DNA of 32,454 nucleotides, from assembly GCA_003645695.1 (NCBI GenBank), contig QNBN01000003.1:1-32454 (forward strand), read 5' to 3'. The notes under the pieces were generated by a model that was not told the DNA's origin, did no database searches, and worked only from the letters and a program-made list of their open reading frames with translations. Shown one piece after another: positions 18,309 to 27,764 of the stretch (positions are counted from its first letter, which is position 1; each line of letters begins with the position of its first letter). The DNA is from Spirochaetota bacterium (lineage in GTDB: Bacteria > Spirochaetota > B62-G9). Position numbers and translations under genes: made by a program.

Positions 18309-20948
18309 TTAATCAAGCCCTTTCAAAATTTCTTTTACTCTCTCCAATTTTCCGCTGTTTGAATTATACTTTTCCTTCTCCTTATTTATAACTTCAGCAG
18401 GAGCCCTCTCTATAAAGTTTTTATTTTTAAGTTTTTGACTGCTTTTTTCTATTTCAGCTTCAAGCTTTTGTATCTCCTTTTTCAGCCTGGCTTTTTCCAT
18501 ATCAATATTAATTAACCCCTTCAAAGGTATGTATATTTCAAACCCGCTCCCAACAGCTGATGCACTCCCTTCGGGTTTATAAACCCCATCGCCAATGGTT
18601 ATGCCTTTTACTCCTGCGAGAAACTTAACAATCTCTTCATTCTGGTTAATAATATTATAAACATCACTCTGCGCTATCTTTACAAGAATATCAGCTTTAA
18701 TTTCGGGCGGAATATGCATTTCACCCCTGATATTTCGTATATTGTATATAAGATCCTTTAAAACTTCCAATTGATTCTCGCTTTTCTTATCGATTTTTCT
18801 CTTATCATACTCCGGATAATCGGATATCATTATGCTCTCTTTGTTTTTTTTAATCGGAAGTTTCTGCCATATTTCTTCGGTAATAAAGGGCATTATAGGA
18901 TGCAGCAACCTTAAAGAACCATCGAGAATATGGCTAAGCATACTTGCCACCCTAACTTTATCCTCTTCTCTTCCTCTGTACAGGCTAACTTTAGAAATTT
19001 CTATGTACCAATCACAAAAATCATGCCAGAAGAACTCATAGATTAGAGAAGAAGCGTCCATCAATCTATATTTCTCAAGATAATCATTCATCTTTTTTAC
19101 AGTTCTGTGATACCTGCTCAAAATCCATCTATCAGCAAGATCAAGCTCAACATCGTTTATATCTTTAATGTCGATGCCTTCAATATTGGATAGTATATAT
19201 CTGGAAGCATTCCAAATTTTGTTGGCAAATCTAGCACCAATTTCGAACTTATCCATTGAAAGAAGGAGATTTTGTCCTAATGGGGTTATATTTATAATTG
19301 TGTATCTCAACGCATCTGCTCCGTATTTTTCTACGACTTCGATTGGATCTATACCATTTCCAAGAGACTTACTCATCTTTCTACCCTGGACATCCATCAC
19401 TACACCATGAATGAAAACATCCTTGAAAGGTATTTCATTCATAAACTTCATACCGCTCATTATCATTCTGGCAACCCAGAAAAATAGGATTCCAGGGTCC
19501 GTTACCAGCACATCAGTAGGATAGTAGTATTTTAATTCTTCGGTTTGTTCGGGCCACCCAAGAGTAGAAAATGGCCATAGTTGGGAAGAAAACCAGGTAT
19601 CCAGTACATCCTCGTCCTGACGCAAACTATTGCCACTGCACTTTGGGCATTTTTCAGGGGTTTCAGTTGAAGCGAAACTGTAACCACAATCGTTGCAGTA
19701 ATAAACGGGTATTCTATGGCCCCACCAGATCTGTCTGCTAATACACCAATCCCTGATGTTGTTCATCCAGTTCATATAAACCTTTTTCCAGCGTCCCGGA
19801 TAAAACTTTATCTTCCCCTTTTCAACCACTTTAATTGCTGGTTCAGCAAGTGGCTTCATCTTGACAAACCACTGCTCAGACAACCACGGTTCTATTACAG
19901 TATGACATCTATAGCAATGTCCTACTTCATGTTCATGGGGTACTGTTTTAACCAGGAAATCTTTTTTCTTTAGCTCTTCAATGATTACTTCTCTACACTC
20001 GTATCGGTCCATTCCAATGCATTCAGGAATTCCGTTTTCATTTATTGATGCATCTATATTAAAAATATTTACCTGTTCAAGATTGTGTCTTTTTCCGACT
20101 TCAAAGTCATTTGGATCATGAGCGGGGGTGATTTTTACCACGCCTGTACCAAACTCAGGATCAACATAATCATCTGCAATAACGGGAAGCTCTCGTCCAA
20201 CCAGTGGGAGTATACAAACCTTCCCAACGTACTTTTTATATCGTTTATCATCTGGATTTACAGCAAGTGCCGTATCTCCAAGCATTGTTTCCGGCCTGGT
20301 GGTTGCAACGATAAGTTCGCCGGTTTCATCCTTAAAAGGATACTTAATGTAGTAGAGGTATCCCTTTTCTGATTCATGCTCTACCTCTTCATCCGCAAGG
20401 GCTGTTTGACATCGCGGACACCAGTTAATGATGTATTTACCTCTGTATATAAGTCCTTCATTATACAATCTTACAAAAACCTCTCTGACAGCCCTTGAAA
20501 GCCCTTCGTCCATTGTGAATCTTTCACGCTGCCAATCACAACTAGCCCCAAGCTTCTTTAGCTGATTTATAATTGTAGAACCATATTTCTTCTTCCACTC
20601 CCATACAAGTTCTATAAACTCTTCTCTACCCACATCATGGCGAGTCTTACCCTCTTTTGCAAGCTGTCGTTCAACAACATTCTGGGTAGCAATACCGGCA
20701 TGGTCAGTTCCTGGTACCCATAATGTGTTATATCCCTGCATCCTTCTCCATCTTATTAATATATCCTGTATTGTATTATTCAAACCGTGTCCCATATGAA
20801 GTACCCCAGTAACATTAGGAGGTGGAATAACAATTGTGAAAGGTTTTCTATCCGGATCGACTTCTGAATGAAAAAAACCGCTCTTTTCCCAGTATTTATA
20901 CCACTTATCTTCTATTTCTCTTGGATTATACGTTTTCGCCATTTTCAT
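18309..20948 (-). CDS. valS: Valine--tRNA ligase
   Basis: PPPNVTGVLHMGH, WCISRQIWWGH, KMSKS, C-terminal coiled coil; start likely ATG 20948 or 20942 rather than 20972. Confidence 0.98.
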   Translation of the reverse strand: MKMAKTYNPREIEDKWYKYWEKSGFFHSEVDPDRKPFTIVIPPPNVTGVLHMGHGLNNTIQDILIRWRRMQGYNTLWVPGTDHAGIATQNVVERQLAKEGKTRHDVGREEFIELVWEWKKKYGSTIINQLKKLGASCDWQRERFTMDEGLSRAVREVFVRLYNEGLIYRGKYIINWCPRCQTALADEEVEHESEKGYLYYIKYPFKDETGELIVATTRPETMLGDTALAVNPDDKRYKKYVGKVCILPLVGRELPVIADDYVDPEFGTGVVKITPAHDPNDFEVGKRHNLEQVNIFNIDASINENGIPECIGMDRYECREVIIEELKKKDFLVKTVPHEHEVGHCYRCHTVIEPWLSEQWFVKMKPLAEPAIKVVEKGKIKFYPGRWKKVYMNWMNNIRDWCISRQIWWGHRIPVYYCNDCGYSFASTETPEKCPKCSGNSLRQDEDVLDTWFSSQLWPFSTLGWPEQTEELKYYYPTDVLVTDPGILFFWVARMIMSGMKFMNEIPFKDVFIHGVVMDVQGRKMSKSLGNGIDPIEVVEKYGADALRYTIINITPLGQNLLLSMDKFEIGARFANKIWNASRYILSNIEGIDIKDINDVELDLADRWILSRYHRTVKKMNDYLEKYRLMDASSLIYEFFWHDFCDWYIEISKVSLYRGREEDKVRVASMLSHILDGSLRLLHPIMPFITEEIWQKLPIKKNKESIMISDYPEYDKRKIDKKSENQLEVLKDLIYNIRNIRGEMHIPPEIKADILVKIAQSDVYNIINQNEEIVKFLAGVKGITIGDGVYKPEGSASAVGSGFEIYIPLKGLINIDMEKARLKKEIQKLEAEIEKSSQKLKNKNFIERAPAEVINKEKEKYNSNSGKLERVKEILKGLD

Positions 20949-20993
20949 ATTACTTTCCACCATGTTTATCATCTATAGATTAAAATTTTAAAA

Positions 20994-21022
20994 AACATAA
21001 TTAACTATACTTTTTATGTCAA
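20994..21022 (-). promoter_or_regulatory. Sigma70-like promoter for valS
   Basis: Minus strand TTGACA-N17-TATGTT. Confidence 0.5.
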
Positions 21023-21222
21023 ATTTAATTAAAGAGGGGTTATTTTATTAATCGGTGAGCTTACTATAAAAAATCAAGGTTACACCCAAAAAATATCTCA
21101 CATTTACATGAAAAACCAGTGCTTTATTTTTAGATAAGAATAATATATAAAAAACTATTTAAATTTATCATAATTATTATATATTTAAATCAACTTTAAT
21201 TACAAAAAAATAACGAAATATA

Positions 21223-21253
21223 TTGATACATAAATTACTTTAAATGCTATAAT
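21223..21253 (+). promoter_or_regulatory. Extended -10 promoter for corA
   Basis: TGcTATAAT at 21245-21253, with TTGATA at 21223 (19-nt spacer). Confidence 0.45.
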
Positions 21254-21295
21254 ATTTATTTAATCAAGTTTATTTCAAAAGAAAGGTGGTTCTAA

Positions 21296-22231
21296 ATGAT
21301 AAACGTCTATTTTAAAGAATTGAATAAGGATATTGAGAAAATCGAAGAATACAAACCAGGTTCATGGATAAACCTCATAAATCCTACAAAGGATGAGATT
21401 AAAGAAATTAGCGAAGTAACCTCAATTCCTGAGGATTTTTTAAATTACCCATTGGATATAGATGAAAGGGCAAGGGTCGAAATAGAGGATGATGTTACAA
21501 TGACCATACTTCGTATCCCATACTACGATATGAATAATGATGAAACCCCCTATATTACGATCCCCCTTGGTATTCTTTTTATTAAAGATTTTGTAGTAAC
21601 AGTATGCGTAAAAAAAGCAAAAATATTCGTCGACTTTATAAATAATAAAATCAAGCGGTTTCAAACCAGTAATAAAAATCATTTTTTACTCCTGGTATTT
21701 TTAAAAACAGCTTCCTTATACCTGCATTATCTCAGAAAGATTGATAAAATCACCGACATTATAGAAAATGAACTTCATAAATCAATGAAAAATGAAGAGT
21801 TGATAAAGTTACTTAACATTGAAAAAAGTCTTGTATATTTTACAACCTCACTAAGATCCAACGAGTTCATGATGGAACGGCTTCAAAAATCCAATCAACT
21901 GAAAATGAACGAGGAAGACCAGGACCTTCTGGATGATGTAATTATTGAAAACAAACAGGCTATTGAAATGGCGAATATTTACAGCAACATCCTAAGTGGT
22001 ATGATGGACGCTTTTGCTTCTGTAATTTCCAATAACCTTAATGTTGTAATGAAATTTTTAACATCAATAACAATTATCCTTATGATACCAACACTTATAG
22101 CAAGTATATACGGTATGAATGTGAAACTACCTTTTCAAAATTCACCTCATGCATTTTTAATCACTATAGGTATGTCTCTAATTCTCACTGTTTTTGGAAT
22201 TATCTTTTTTATCAAACGGAAGTGGCTATAG
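21296..22231 (+). CDS. corA: CorA family magnesium transporter
   Basis: WINLINPT, LDIDERAR, ISNNLNVVMKFLT, YGMN signature, two C-terminal TM helices. Confidence 0.93.
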   Translation: MINVYFKELNKDIEKIEEYKPGSWINLINPTKDEIKEISEVTSIPEDFLNYPLDIDERARVEIEDDVTMTILRIPYYDMNNDETPYITIPLGILFIKDFVVTVCVKKAKIFVDFINNKIKRFQTSNKNHFLLLVFLKTASLYLHYLRKIDKITDIIENELHKSMKNEELIKLLNIEKSLVYFTTSLRSNEFMMERLQKSNQLKMNEEDQDLLDDVIIENKQAIEMANIYSNILSGMMDAFASVISNNLNVVMKFLTSITIILMIPTLIASIYGMNVKLPFQNSPHAFLITIGMSLILTVFGIIFFIKRKWL

Positions 22232-22314
22232 TAGACAATTATAGCATTAAAACATTGAATATTTTTTAATTTTATACTATTATTATAATTAGAACTTAAT
22301 ATGAGTTTTTAGTT

Positions 22315-23193
22315 ATGGGAAACGATTCACAAAAGGTTGTTTTAATAACTGGCGCATCTTCCGGAATAGGGAAAGCCACAGCAAAGCTTCTATCAAAAAA
22401 CGGCTACAGGGTGTATGGCACATCTAGAAAAGATATTAAATCCGATTTTTTTGAGATGGTCCAAATGGATGTAACTGATGACACGTCAGTTTCAAATGCT
22501 ATTGATTACATAGTAAAAAAAGAGGGTAAAATTGATATTTTAATCAACAATGCGGGAGTAGGTGTAGCCGGTCCAATAGAAGATACCTATATTGACGAGG
22601 TGCGACATCAATTTGAAATAAACTTTATTGGAGTAGTCAAAACCTGTCAGAAGGTTCTCCCAGTAATGAGGGAAAAAGGTGGTGGTCTTATTATAAATAT
22701 TGCTTCCATGGCAGGTCAAATTGGACTACCCTTCCAGGGGTTTTACAGTGCAAGTAAGTTTGCAGTAGAAGGATTTTCAGAGGCTTTGAGGCTGGAGGTA
22801 ATGCAATTTGGGGTAGATATAGTTATTGTTGAACCGGGAGATATAGCTACTCCCTTCACCAGTAACAGATGGATCATCCATAGGCATAGAAAAAAGGAAA
22901 AAACCCCTTATTTAAACAGCTTCAGGAAAACAATAGAAATAATAGAAAAAGATGAGGAAAGTGGGTTACCGGCTGAAGTTGTGGCAAAAAAAATTCTGAA
23001 AATTATAAGATCAAAACATAGAAGATTCAGATATATGCCTGGTAGTCTCTCTCAGAGAATAGTATTTATTCTTAAACGATTTTTGCCCTACAAATTGTAC
23101 TCAAATATACTTATATCCCATTATAAAGTTCCGAAATTTTCTAAAAAGAATAAGGAAAATAGATATATTACATCCTTCAAATTATCTATCTAA
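22315..23193 (+). CDS. Short-chain dehydrogenase/reductase
   Basis: TGASSGIG, NNAG, YSASK, EPG. Confidence 0.92.
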   Translation: MGNDSQKVVLITGASSGIGKATAKLLSKNGYRVYGTSRKDIKSDFFEMVQMDVTDDTSVSNAIDYIVKKEGKIDILINNAGVGVAGPIEDTYIDEVRHQFEINFIGVVKTCQKVLPVMREKGGGLIINIASMAGQIGLPFQGFYSASKFAVEGFSEALRLEVMQFGVDIVIVEPGDIATPFTSNRWIIHRHRKKEKTPYLNSFRKTIEIIEKDEESGLPAEVVAKKILKIIRSKHRRFRYMPGSLSQRIVFILKRFLPYKLYSNILISHYKVPKFSKKNKENRYITSFKLSI

Positions 23194-23213
23194 AGAATTT
23201 TTAACCCAGAAAC

Positions 23214-23420
23214 CTAATTATCGTTTAAAACTTCTAATAAAGCTTTTTTTAGTTCCTCGATTTTAAAAGTCTTTATTATGCAATCTCCAAACCCATAATT
23301 TTTAGAATTTGCAATCAAAGTATCCATTGAATAACCCCTCGATACCAACACCTTAGAATCGGGGTCAATTTCAAGCAATAGATAAATGGCTTTTTTGCCA
23401 CCGACACCTCCATAAATCAC
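23214..23420 (-). pseudogene. Remnant of the C-terminal half of a response-regulator receiver domain
   Basis: GGVGGKKAI..LLEIDPDSKVLVSRGYS....A....YGF...IIKTFKIEEL matches the end of hybrid-kinase REC domains; no N-terminal half or phospho-Asp; KP motif altered to KT. Confidence 0.65.
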
Positions 23421-23513
23421 AAAACCAGTTATAACTTTATTACTACATTACACATTTTTTATTTAAAAGCATATCTGGGATATTTGCCAGGAAGGATAAC
23501 TTTGAATTATAAT

Positions 23514-23548
23514 AAAAAAGGAGAAGGGCAAAACCCTCTCCTTTTTTT
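23514..23548. terminator. Rho-independent terminator downstream of the aldolase gene (potentially bidirectional)
   Basis: A6-GGAGAAGGG-CAAAA-CCCTCTCC-T7 hairpin with one bulge. Confidence 0.75.
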
Positions 23549-23578
23549 AAACTTTAAACCTAATTTTTGTTACTCTCT

Positions 23579-24622
23579 TTAAGCAATTGTTATGTCCTTG
23601 TTTAAATAAACATCCTGAATGGCGTTTAAAAGCTCAACTCCTTCCTTCATGGGTTTCTGGAAAGCTTTTCTTCCAGATATAAGGCCCATACCACCTGCCC
23701 TCTTATTAATTACAGCGGTTCTCACAGCCTGCGCAAGATCATTTTTGCCTGATGCACCACCTGAGTTAATCAATCCTGCTCTACCCATGTAGCAGTTAAT
23801 TACCTGATACCTTGTAAGGTCTATTGGATGATCCGAGGTCAGTTCAGAATATACCTTTTCATGGGTTTTCCCAAAATTAAGGGCAAGGTATCCACCGTTG
23901 TTCTCTGCCTGTTTTTGCTTGATTATATCAGCCTGTATAGTTACACCCAGATGATTTGCCTGTCCTGTTAAATCAGCAGAAAGATGGTAGTCCTTGTCCT
24001 TCTTAAAAGCGCTGTTTCTCAAATAAGCCCATAGTACAGTAAACATACCAAGACTATGAGCATACTCAAATGCTTTACTTATCTCTTGTATCTGCCTGCT
24101 TGATTCCTGTGAACCAAAGTATACAGTGGCCCCAACTGCTACAGCGCCCATCTTAAAAGCTTGATCAACGCTGGCAAAAAGAATTTGATCGTATTTATTG
24201 GGATAAGTCAACAGCTCATTATGGTTTATCTTGAGAATAAACGGAATTTTGTGGGCATATTTTCTAGCTACTGCACCAAGAACGCCAAGGGTCGAAGTTA
24301 CCGCATTGCAACCACCCTCGATAGCAAGCTTTACAATATTTTCAGGATCAAAATAGATAGGGTTCGGGGCAAAAGCTGATCCTGCAGAATGCTCAATCCC
24401 CTGATCTACGGGCAGTATTGAAAGATAACCAGTTCCTGCAAGCCTTCCATGATTATAAACCATCTGCATATTTCTTAGTACTGCAGGTGACCTATCAGAA
24501 TGACTGACCACTCTATCTACAAAATCGGGACCTGGAAGATGAAGTTGTTCCTTCGGGAACTTTGCTTTGTACCCAAGCAAATCTTTAGCTTCATCACCCA
24601 GAAGCTTTTCTACATCAATCAT
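23579..24622 (-). CDS. fbaB: Class I fructose-bisphosphate aldolase (FbaB/DhnA)
   Basis: [39 protein letters not shown]; start ATG 24622 after AAGGAGG. Confidence 0.95.
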   Translation of the reverse strand: MIDVEKLLGDEAKDLLGYKAKFPKEQLHLPGPDFVDRVVSHSDRSPAVLRNMQMVYNHGRLAGTGYLSILPVDQGIEHSAGSAFAPNPIYFDPENIVKLAIEGGCNAVTSTLGVLGAVARKYAHKIPFILKINHNELLTYPNKYDQILFASVDQAFKMGAVAVGATVYFGSQESSRQIQEISKAFEYAHSLGMFTVLWAYLRNSAFKKDKDYHLSADLTGQANHLGVTIQADIIKQKQAENNGGYLALNFGKTHEKVYSELTSDHPIDLTRYQVINCYMGRAGLINSGGASGKNDLAQAVRTAVINKRAGGMGLISGRKAFQKPMKEGVELLNAIQDVYLNKDITIA

Positions 24623-24730
24623 TTGTTCCTCCTTATAATTCATTTATTTTTATAGTATTATTTGTACACAATATAATTAAATATTATACTTTTATAAAGA
24701 AAAAAACTTTTCTAAAGTTTTATAAAAGTT

Positions 24731-25831
24731 CTATTTAATAAAACTAACAATTTCATCAGCTATTCTTTTTTCTGCATCCTCAATTATAAGGGATTTAAAA
24801 TTATAAGCCATTTTATTCATCAAACCAGGATTTGAAAGAAGATTTTTTATCATCTTATACAATACATCTCCGTTTAGTTTTTCATCATCAAGAACTTCAG
24901 CAGCATTCATTTTTTTAAGATAATAAGCATTTTTTATCTGCTCACCCCGGCTCCCCGATAATGGAAGGGGGATAAAAATCGCGGGCTTTTCCGCATACCC
25001 TATCTCATAAATCGCTCCTGCCCCTGCTCTCGAAACAATTAAATTCGATGCATTTAAAACATCCCCCATTTCTTCTTCAATAAACTCAATCTGAAGATAC
25101 TTTTTCCTATTAGTATTAGAGATATTATTATTCATATTTCCGGACCCACACTGATGAATAAGGTAAAAATCCAGCTCATGTTTGTTCACCATATCCCAAA
25201 TGGCCTTGTTAATAGATTTTGCACCAAGGCTTCCTCCCAAAACAAGTATCAGAGGGAGTTTTTCATCTAAATCCAGAAAAGAACTCAGAAACCTTTTTCC
25301 CTTATCGGCATTTCCATTTCTGATAATGCTTCTTATTGGATTACCGGTCAGAGAGGTTCTACAGTTTTTGAAGTATCTTTTTGTCTCCTCAAAGGATAAA
25401 AATATTATTTTTGAGAATTTCGAATTGATTCTGTTTGCCAACCCGGGTGTGATATCGCTCTCGTGAGTTGCTACCGGTATACCATAAATCCTTGCAGCTA
25501 TTACAGGAGGCACCGAAACAAATCCACCTTTTGAAAATAGGATGTCAATGTTGTACCTCCTTAGAATCAAGAGAGATTTGATAAACCCCGCAAAAATTTT
25601 AAATAAATCCAGGAAATTTTTTAATGAAAAATATCTTCTTAGCTTTCCTGAAGGAATACCTTTAAAGGAAACTCCAATTCTTTTAGCCCAACCCTCTTCC
25701 TTTCCACCTTTCTGCCCTATCCAGATAAAATCGTTGAATCCTCTCTCCCTAAGTTCCTGAACAACCGCAACAATTGGAAAAATATGCCCTCCTGTCCCTC
25801 CCCCTGTAATTGCAATCATTTTTCCCCTCAA
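24731..25831 (-). CDS. murG: MurG lipid I GlcNAc transferase
   Basis: GGGTGGHIFP, GKLRRY, KGGFVSVP, HESD, TGNPIR, GGSLGA, SRAGAG, EQIKNA; alternative start ATG 25819. Confidence 0.95.
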   Translation of the reverse strand: MRGKMIAITGGGTGGHIFPIVAVVQELRERGFNDFIWIGQKGGKEEGWAKRIGVSFKGIPSGKLRRYFSLKNFLDLFKIFAGFIKSLLILRRYNIDILFSKGGFVSVPPVIAARIYGIPVATHESDITPGLANRINSKFSKIIFLSFEETKRYFKNCRTSLTGNPIRSIIRNGNADKGKRFLSSFLDLDEKLPLILVLGGSLGAKSINKAIWDMVNKHELDFYLIHQCGSGNMNNNISNTNRKKYLQIEFIEEEMGDVLNASNLIVSRAGAGAIYEIGYAEKPAIFIPLPLSGSRGEQIKNAYYLKKMNAAEVLDDEKLNGDVLYKMIKNLLSNPGLMNKMAYNFKSLIIEDAEKRIADEIVSFIK

Positions 25832-25867
25832 AATAGATAAAATATTTTTAAGATTGATATATTAATA

Positions 25868-26041
25868 TATGGTTTTATTCATTAAAATTATGGTTTTTTG
25901 TACCAGAATTTATGATTAATTATAATACCAAAATATTCATGGGTATTAAAATGATATTTAAATCTAATTTTTTATTGATATAAAATGAATAGGCAAACCT
26001 AGTCATTTATCATGATTGAAAGTGTACTTGCCTATTCATTT
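25868..26041 (+). repeat. Intergenic repeat copy 1 (MITE-like: left TIR, promoter, terminal hairpin)
   Basis: 25868-26036 aligns ungapped with 27555-27723 (169 bp, 13 mismatches by hand count); 14-bp hairpin arms at 25983-25996 and 26028-26041. Confidence 0.92.
25898..25926 (+). promoter_or_regulatory. Sigma70-like promoter inside repeat copy 1
   Basis: TTGTAC-N17-TATAAT; copy 2 has TTGTAC-N17-TAGAAT at 27585-27613. Confidence 0.55.
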
Positions 26042-26159
26042 GTAATATATTATTAACAAGATAAAGAAGAATAGACAATTTATCATTACATAGTATTTGA
26101 ATGTAGAATCATGAGTTTTCCCACTACTATTTGCAAAATTTTCATGGGAGGTGGCTGTT

Positions 26160-26642
26160 ATGGAAATTATAAACATTAAAATTGATGTTCCTGAAGGAAC
26201 AAATGTAATCATTGGACAAACTCACTTCATTAAATCAGTTGAGGACTTGTATGAGGCAGTTGTTAACAGCTCACCAACAATAAAATTTGGGATTGCTTTT
26301 AACGAAGCTTCTGGACCATGTCTTATAAGAAAGGATGGAAATGACCAGGAGTTAATTGACCTTGCCTGCCGTACAGCTGACAAAATTTCAGCAGGTCACA
26401 TATTTGTAATCTATATCAAAGATGGGTTTCCGATAAATATTCTACCATCCATAAAAGATGTAAGAGAGGTAGTAGGAATATACTGTGCGACAGCGAATCC
26501 AGTTGAAGTAATCGTGGCAGAAACCGAACAGGGAAGAGGAGTATTGGGTATTGTAGACGGGTTTTCTCCCAAAGGAATTGAAAACGATAAGGATGTTAAT
26601 GAAAGAATCGAACTATTGAAAAAATTCGGATATAAACGTTAA
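26160..26642 (+). CDS. Adenosine-specific kinase family protein (DUF355)
   Basis: [47 protein letters not shown]; ATG 26160 is 8 nt after GGAGG. Confidence 0.88.
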   Translation: MEIINIKIDVPEGTNVIIGQTHFIKSVEDLYEAVVNSSPTIKFGIAFNEASGPCLIRKDGNDQELIDLACRTADKISAGHIFVIYIKDGFPINILPSIKDVREVVGIYCATANPVEVIVAETEQGRGVLGIVDGFSPKGIENDKDVNERIELLKKFGYKR

Positions 26643-26740
26643 TACAGTAACATTTACCTTAAATCATTAACTTATAGCTCATAAAAAACTTCAGAATATT
26701 GACCAGGAGCTAAAACAAAATATGGTAAGGGTCGCCATGT

Positions 26741-27469
26741 TCAAAGTGGATCGATGGTCTGGGATAGAGCCATTAAATCAACGCTCCATACATTGTAGTA
26801 CTTAGGCAGAGTAATTAAAAATTCAATTATATGGGCAATATCCTCAGGTTCTATCATCTTACCGCTGGTAAAAGGTTTTTCTATTCCTGCTTTCTTAGCC
26901 CACTCTGTGTTTATCATAGCCGGAGCAATAATGCTTACCTTTATCCCGTATTCTTTAACCTCATTCCATAAAGCTCTTGAAAACCCTTCAACTGCATGTT
27001 TGCCAGCTGTATAAACAGCAAGTCCTGACCTTGACCTTTTCCCGAGAATTGAACTAACATTTATTATGTACCCTTCACGCTGCTTTTTCATTACTGGTAT
27101 TGCTGCCTTACATCCATATAATACGGATATAAGATTAATTCTAATACCATCATCAATCTCATTAATAGTGAGATTTTCAAACTTAGTATACCGGATACCT
27201 GCTCCTACATTATTGACAACTACATCTAATCTACCAAATTTTTTCACCGTATTATCAAAAAATCTCTCGACTTCATTCCATGATGTAATATCCACAGTTT
27301 CACTGTAAGCTATACCCCCTTCAGAATTTATCTTGCGCACAATTTCATCTATTAAGTTCTTTCTTCTTGCACATATAGATACCCTATACCCCTTTTCTGC
27401 CAGGTAGAGTGCAGTAGCTCTGCCTGTTCCAGAGGATGCCCCTGCTACCAAAACTACCTTCCCAGACAT
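26741..27469 (-). CDS. Short-chain dehydrogenase/reductase
   Basis: AGASSGTG, ARR, NNVG, YTAGK; AAGGAG RBS. Confidence 0.9.
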   Translation of the reverse strand: MSGKVVLVAGASSGTGRATALYLAEKGYRVSICARRKNLIDEIVRKINSEGGIAYSETVDITSWNEVERFFDNTVKKFGRLDVVVNNVGAGIRYTKFENLTINEIDDGIRINLISVLYGCKAAIPVMKKQREGYIINVSSILGKRSRSGLAVYTAGKHAVEGFSRALWNEVKEYGIKVSIIAPAMINTEWAKKAGIEKPFTSGKMIEPEDIAHIIEFLITLPKYYNVWSVDLMALSQTIDPL

Positions 27470-27554
27470 AATTTTCTCCTTTATGTTTTCGCCTTTTATT
27501 TATATTTTAATATAACCAGTATCAATTTCAATTTATATTTTTGCTTCTGGTAAT

Positions 27555-27723
27555 TATGGTTTTATTCATTAAAATTACAGTTTTTTGTACCAGAATTTGT
27601 GATTAATTAGAATAACAAAATATTCATGGGTATTTAAATGATATTTAAACCTAATTTTTTATAGGTATAAAACGAATAGGCAAACCTAGCCTTTTATTAT
27701 GATTGAAAGTGTACTTGCCTATT
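27555..27723 (+). repeat. Intergenic repeat copy 2
   Basis: Direct repeat of 25868-26036 (offset 1687); hairpin arms AATAGGCAA (27675-27683) and TTGCCTATT (27715-27723). Confidence 0.92.
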
Positions 27724-27764
27724 TACAGTTTTGGTATTTTTCTAAAATTAAAGAGGGCTCACCT

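Noticed and set aside
21040-21160. CTATAAAAAAT..AGGTT and other short matches to the repeat in the valS-corA spacer
   Set aside because: Too short and low-complexity to distinguish from chance without an alignment statistic.
20949-21295. T-box leader for valS or M-box riboswitch for corA
   Set aside because: No T-box consensus, specifier stem or GC-rich structure; candidate promoters lie close to both start codons.
25920-25950. TATAATACC...ATGGGTATT resembling a purine riboswitch upstream of the adenosine kinase
   Set aside because: No TTTCTACC junction or P3/L3; the stem is broken in copy 2; better explained as a -10 box.
25983-26041. GGCAAACC...GAAAG resembling a c-di-GMP-I riboswitch
   Set aside because: No GACGCAAAG junction or second hairpin, and GAAA is not a tetraloop here.
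26650-26730. Nested short inverted repeats (TTACC/GGTAA, TAGCTC/GAGCTA) between convergent genes
   Set aside because: Arms are only 5-6 bp with large loops; not a supportable terminator or RNA.
25868-27723. CRISPR array or integron attC cassettes
   Set aside because: Repeats are 169 bp, not regularly spaced short units; no cas or intI gene; no attC R-box pattern, and the enclosed genes are convergent.
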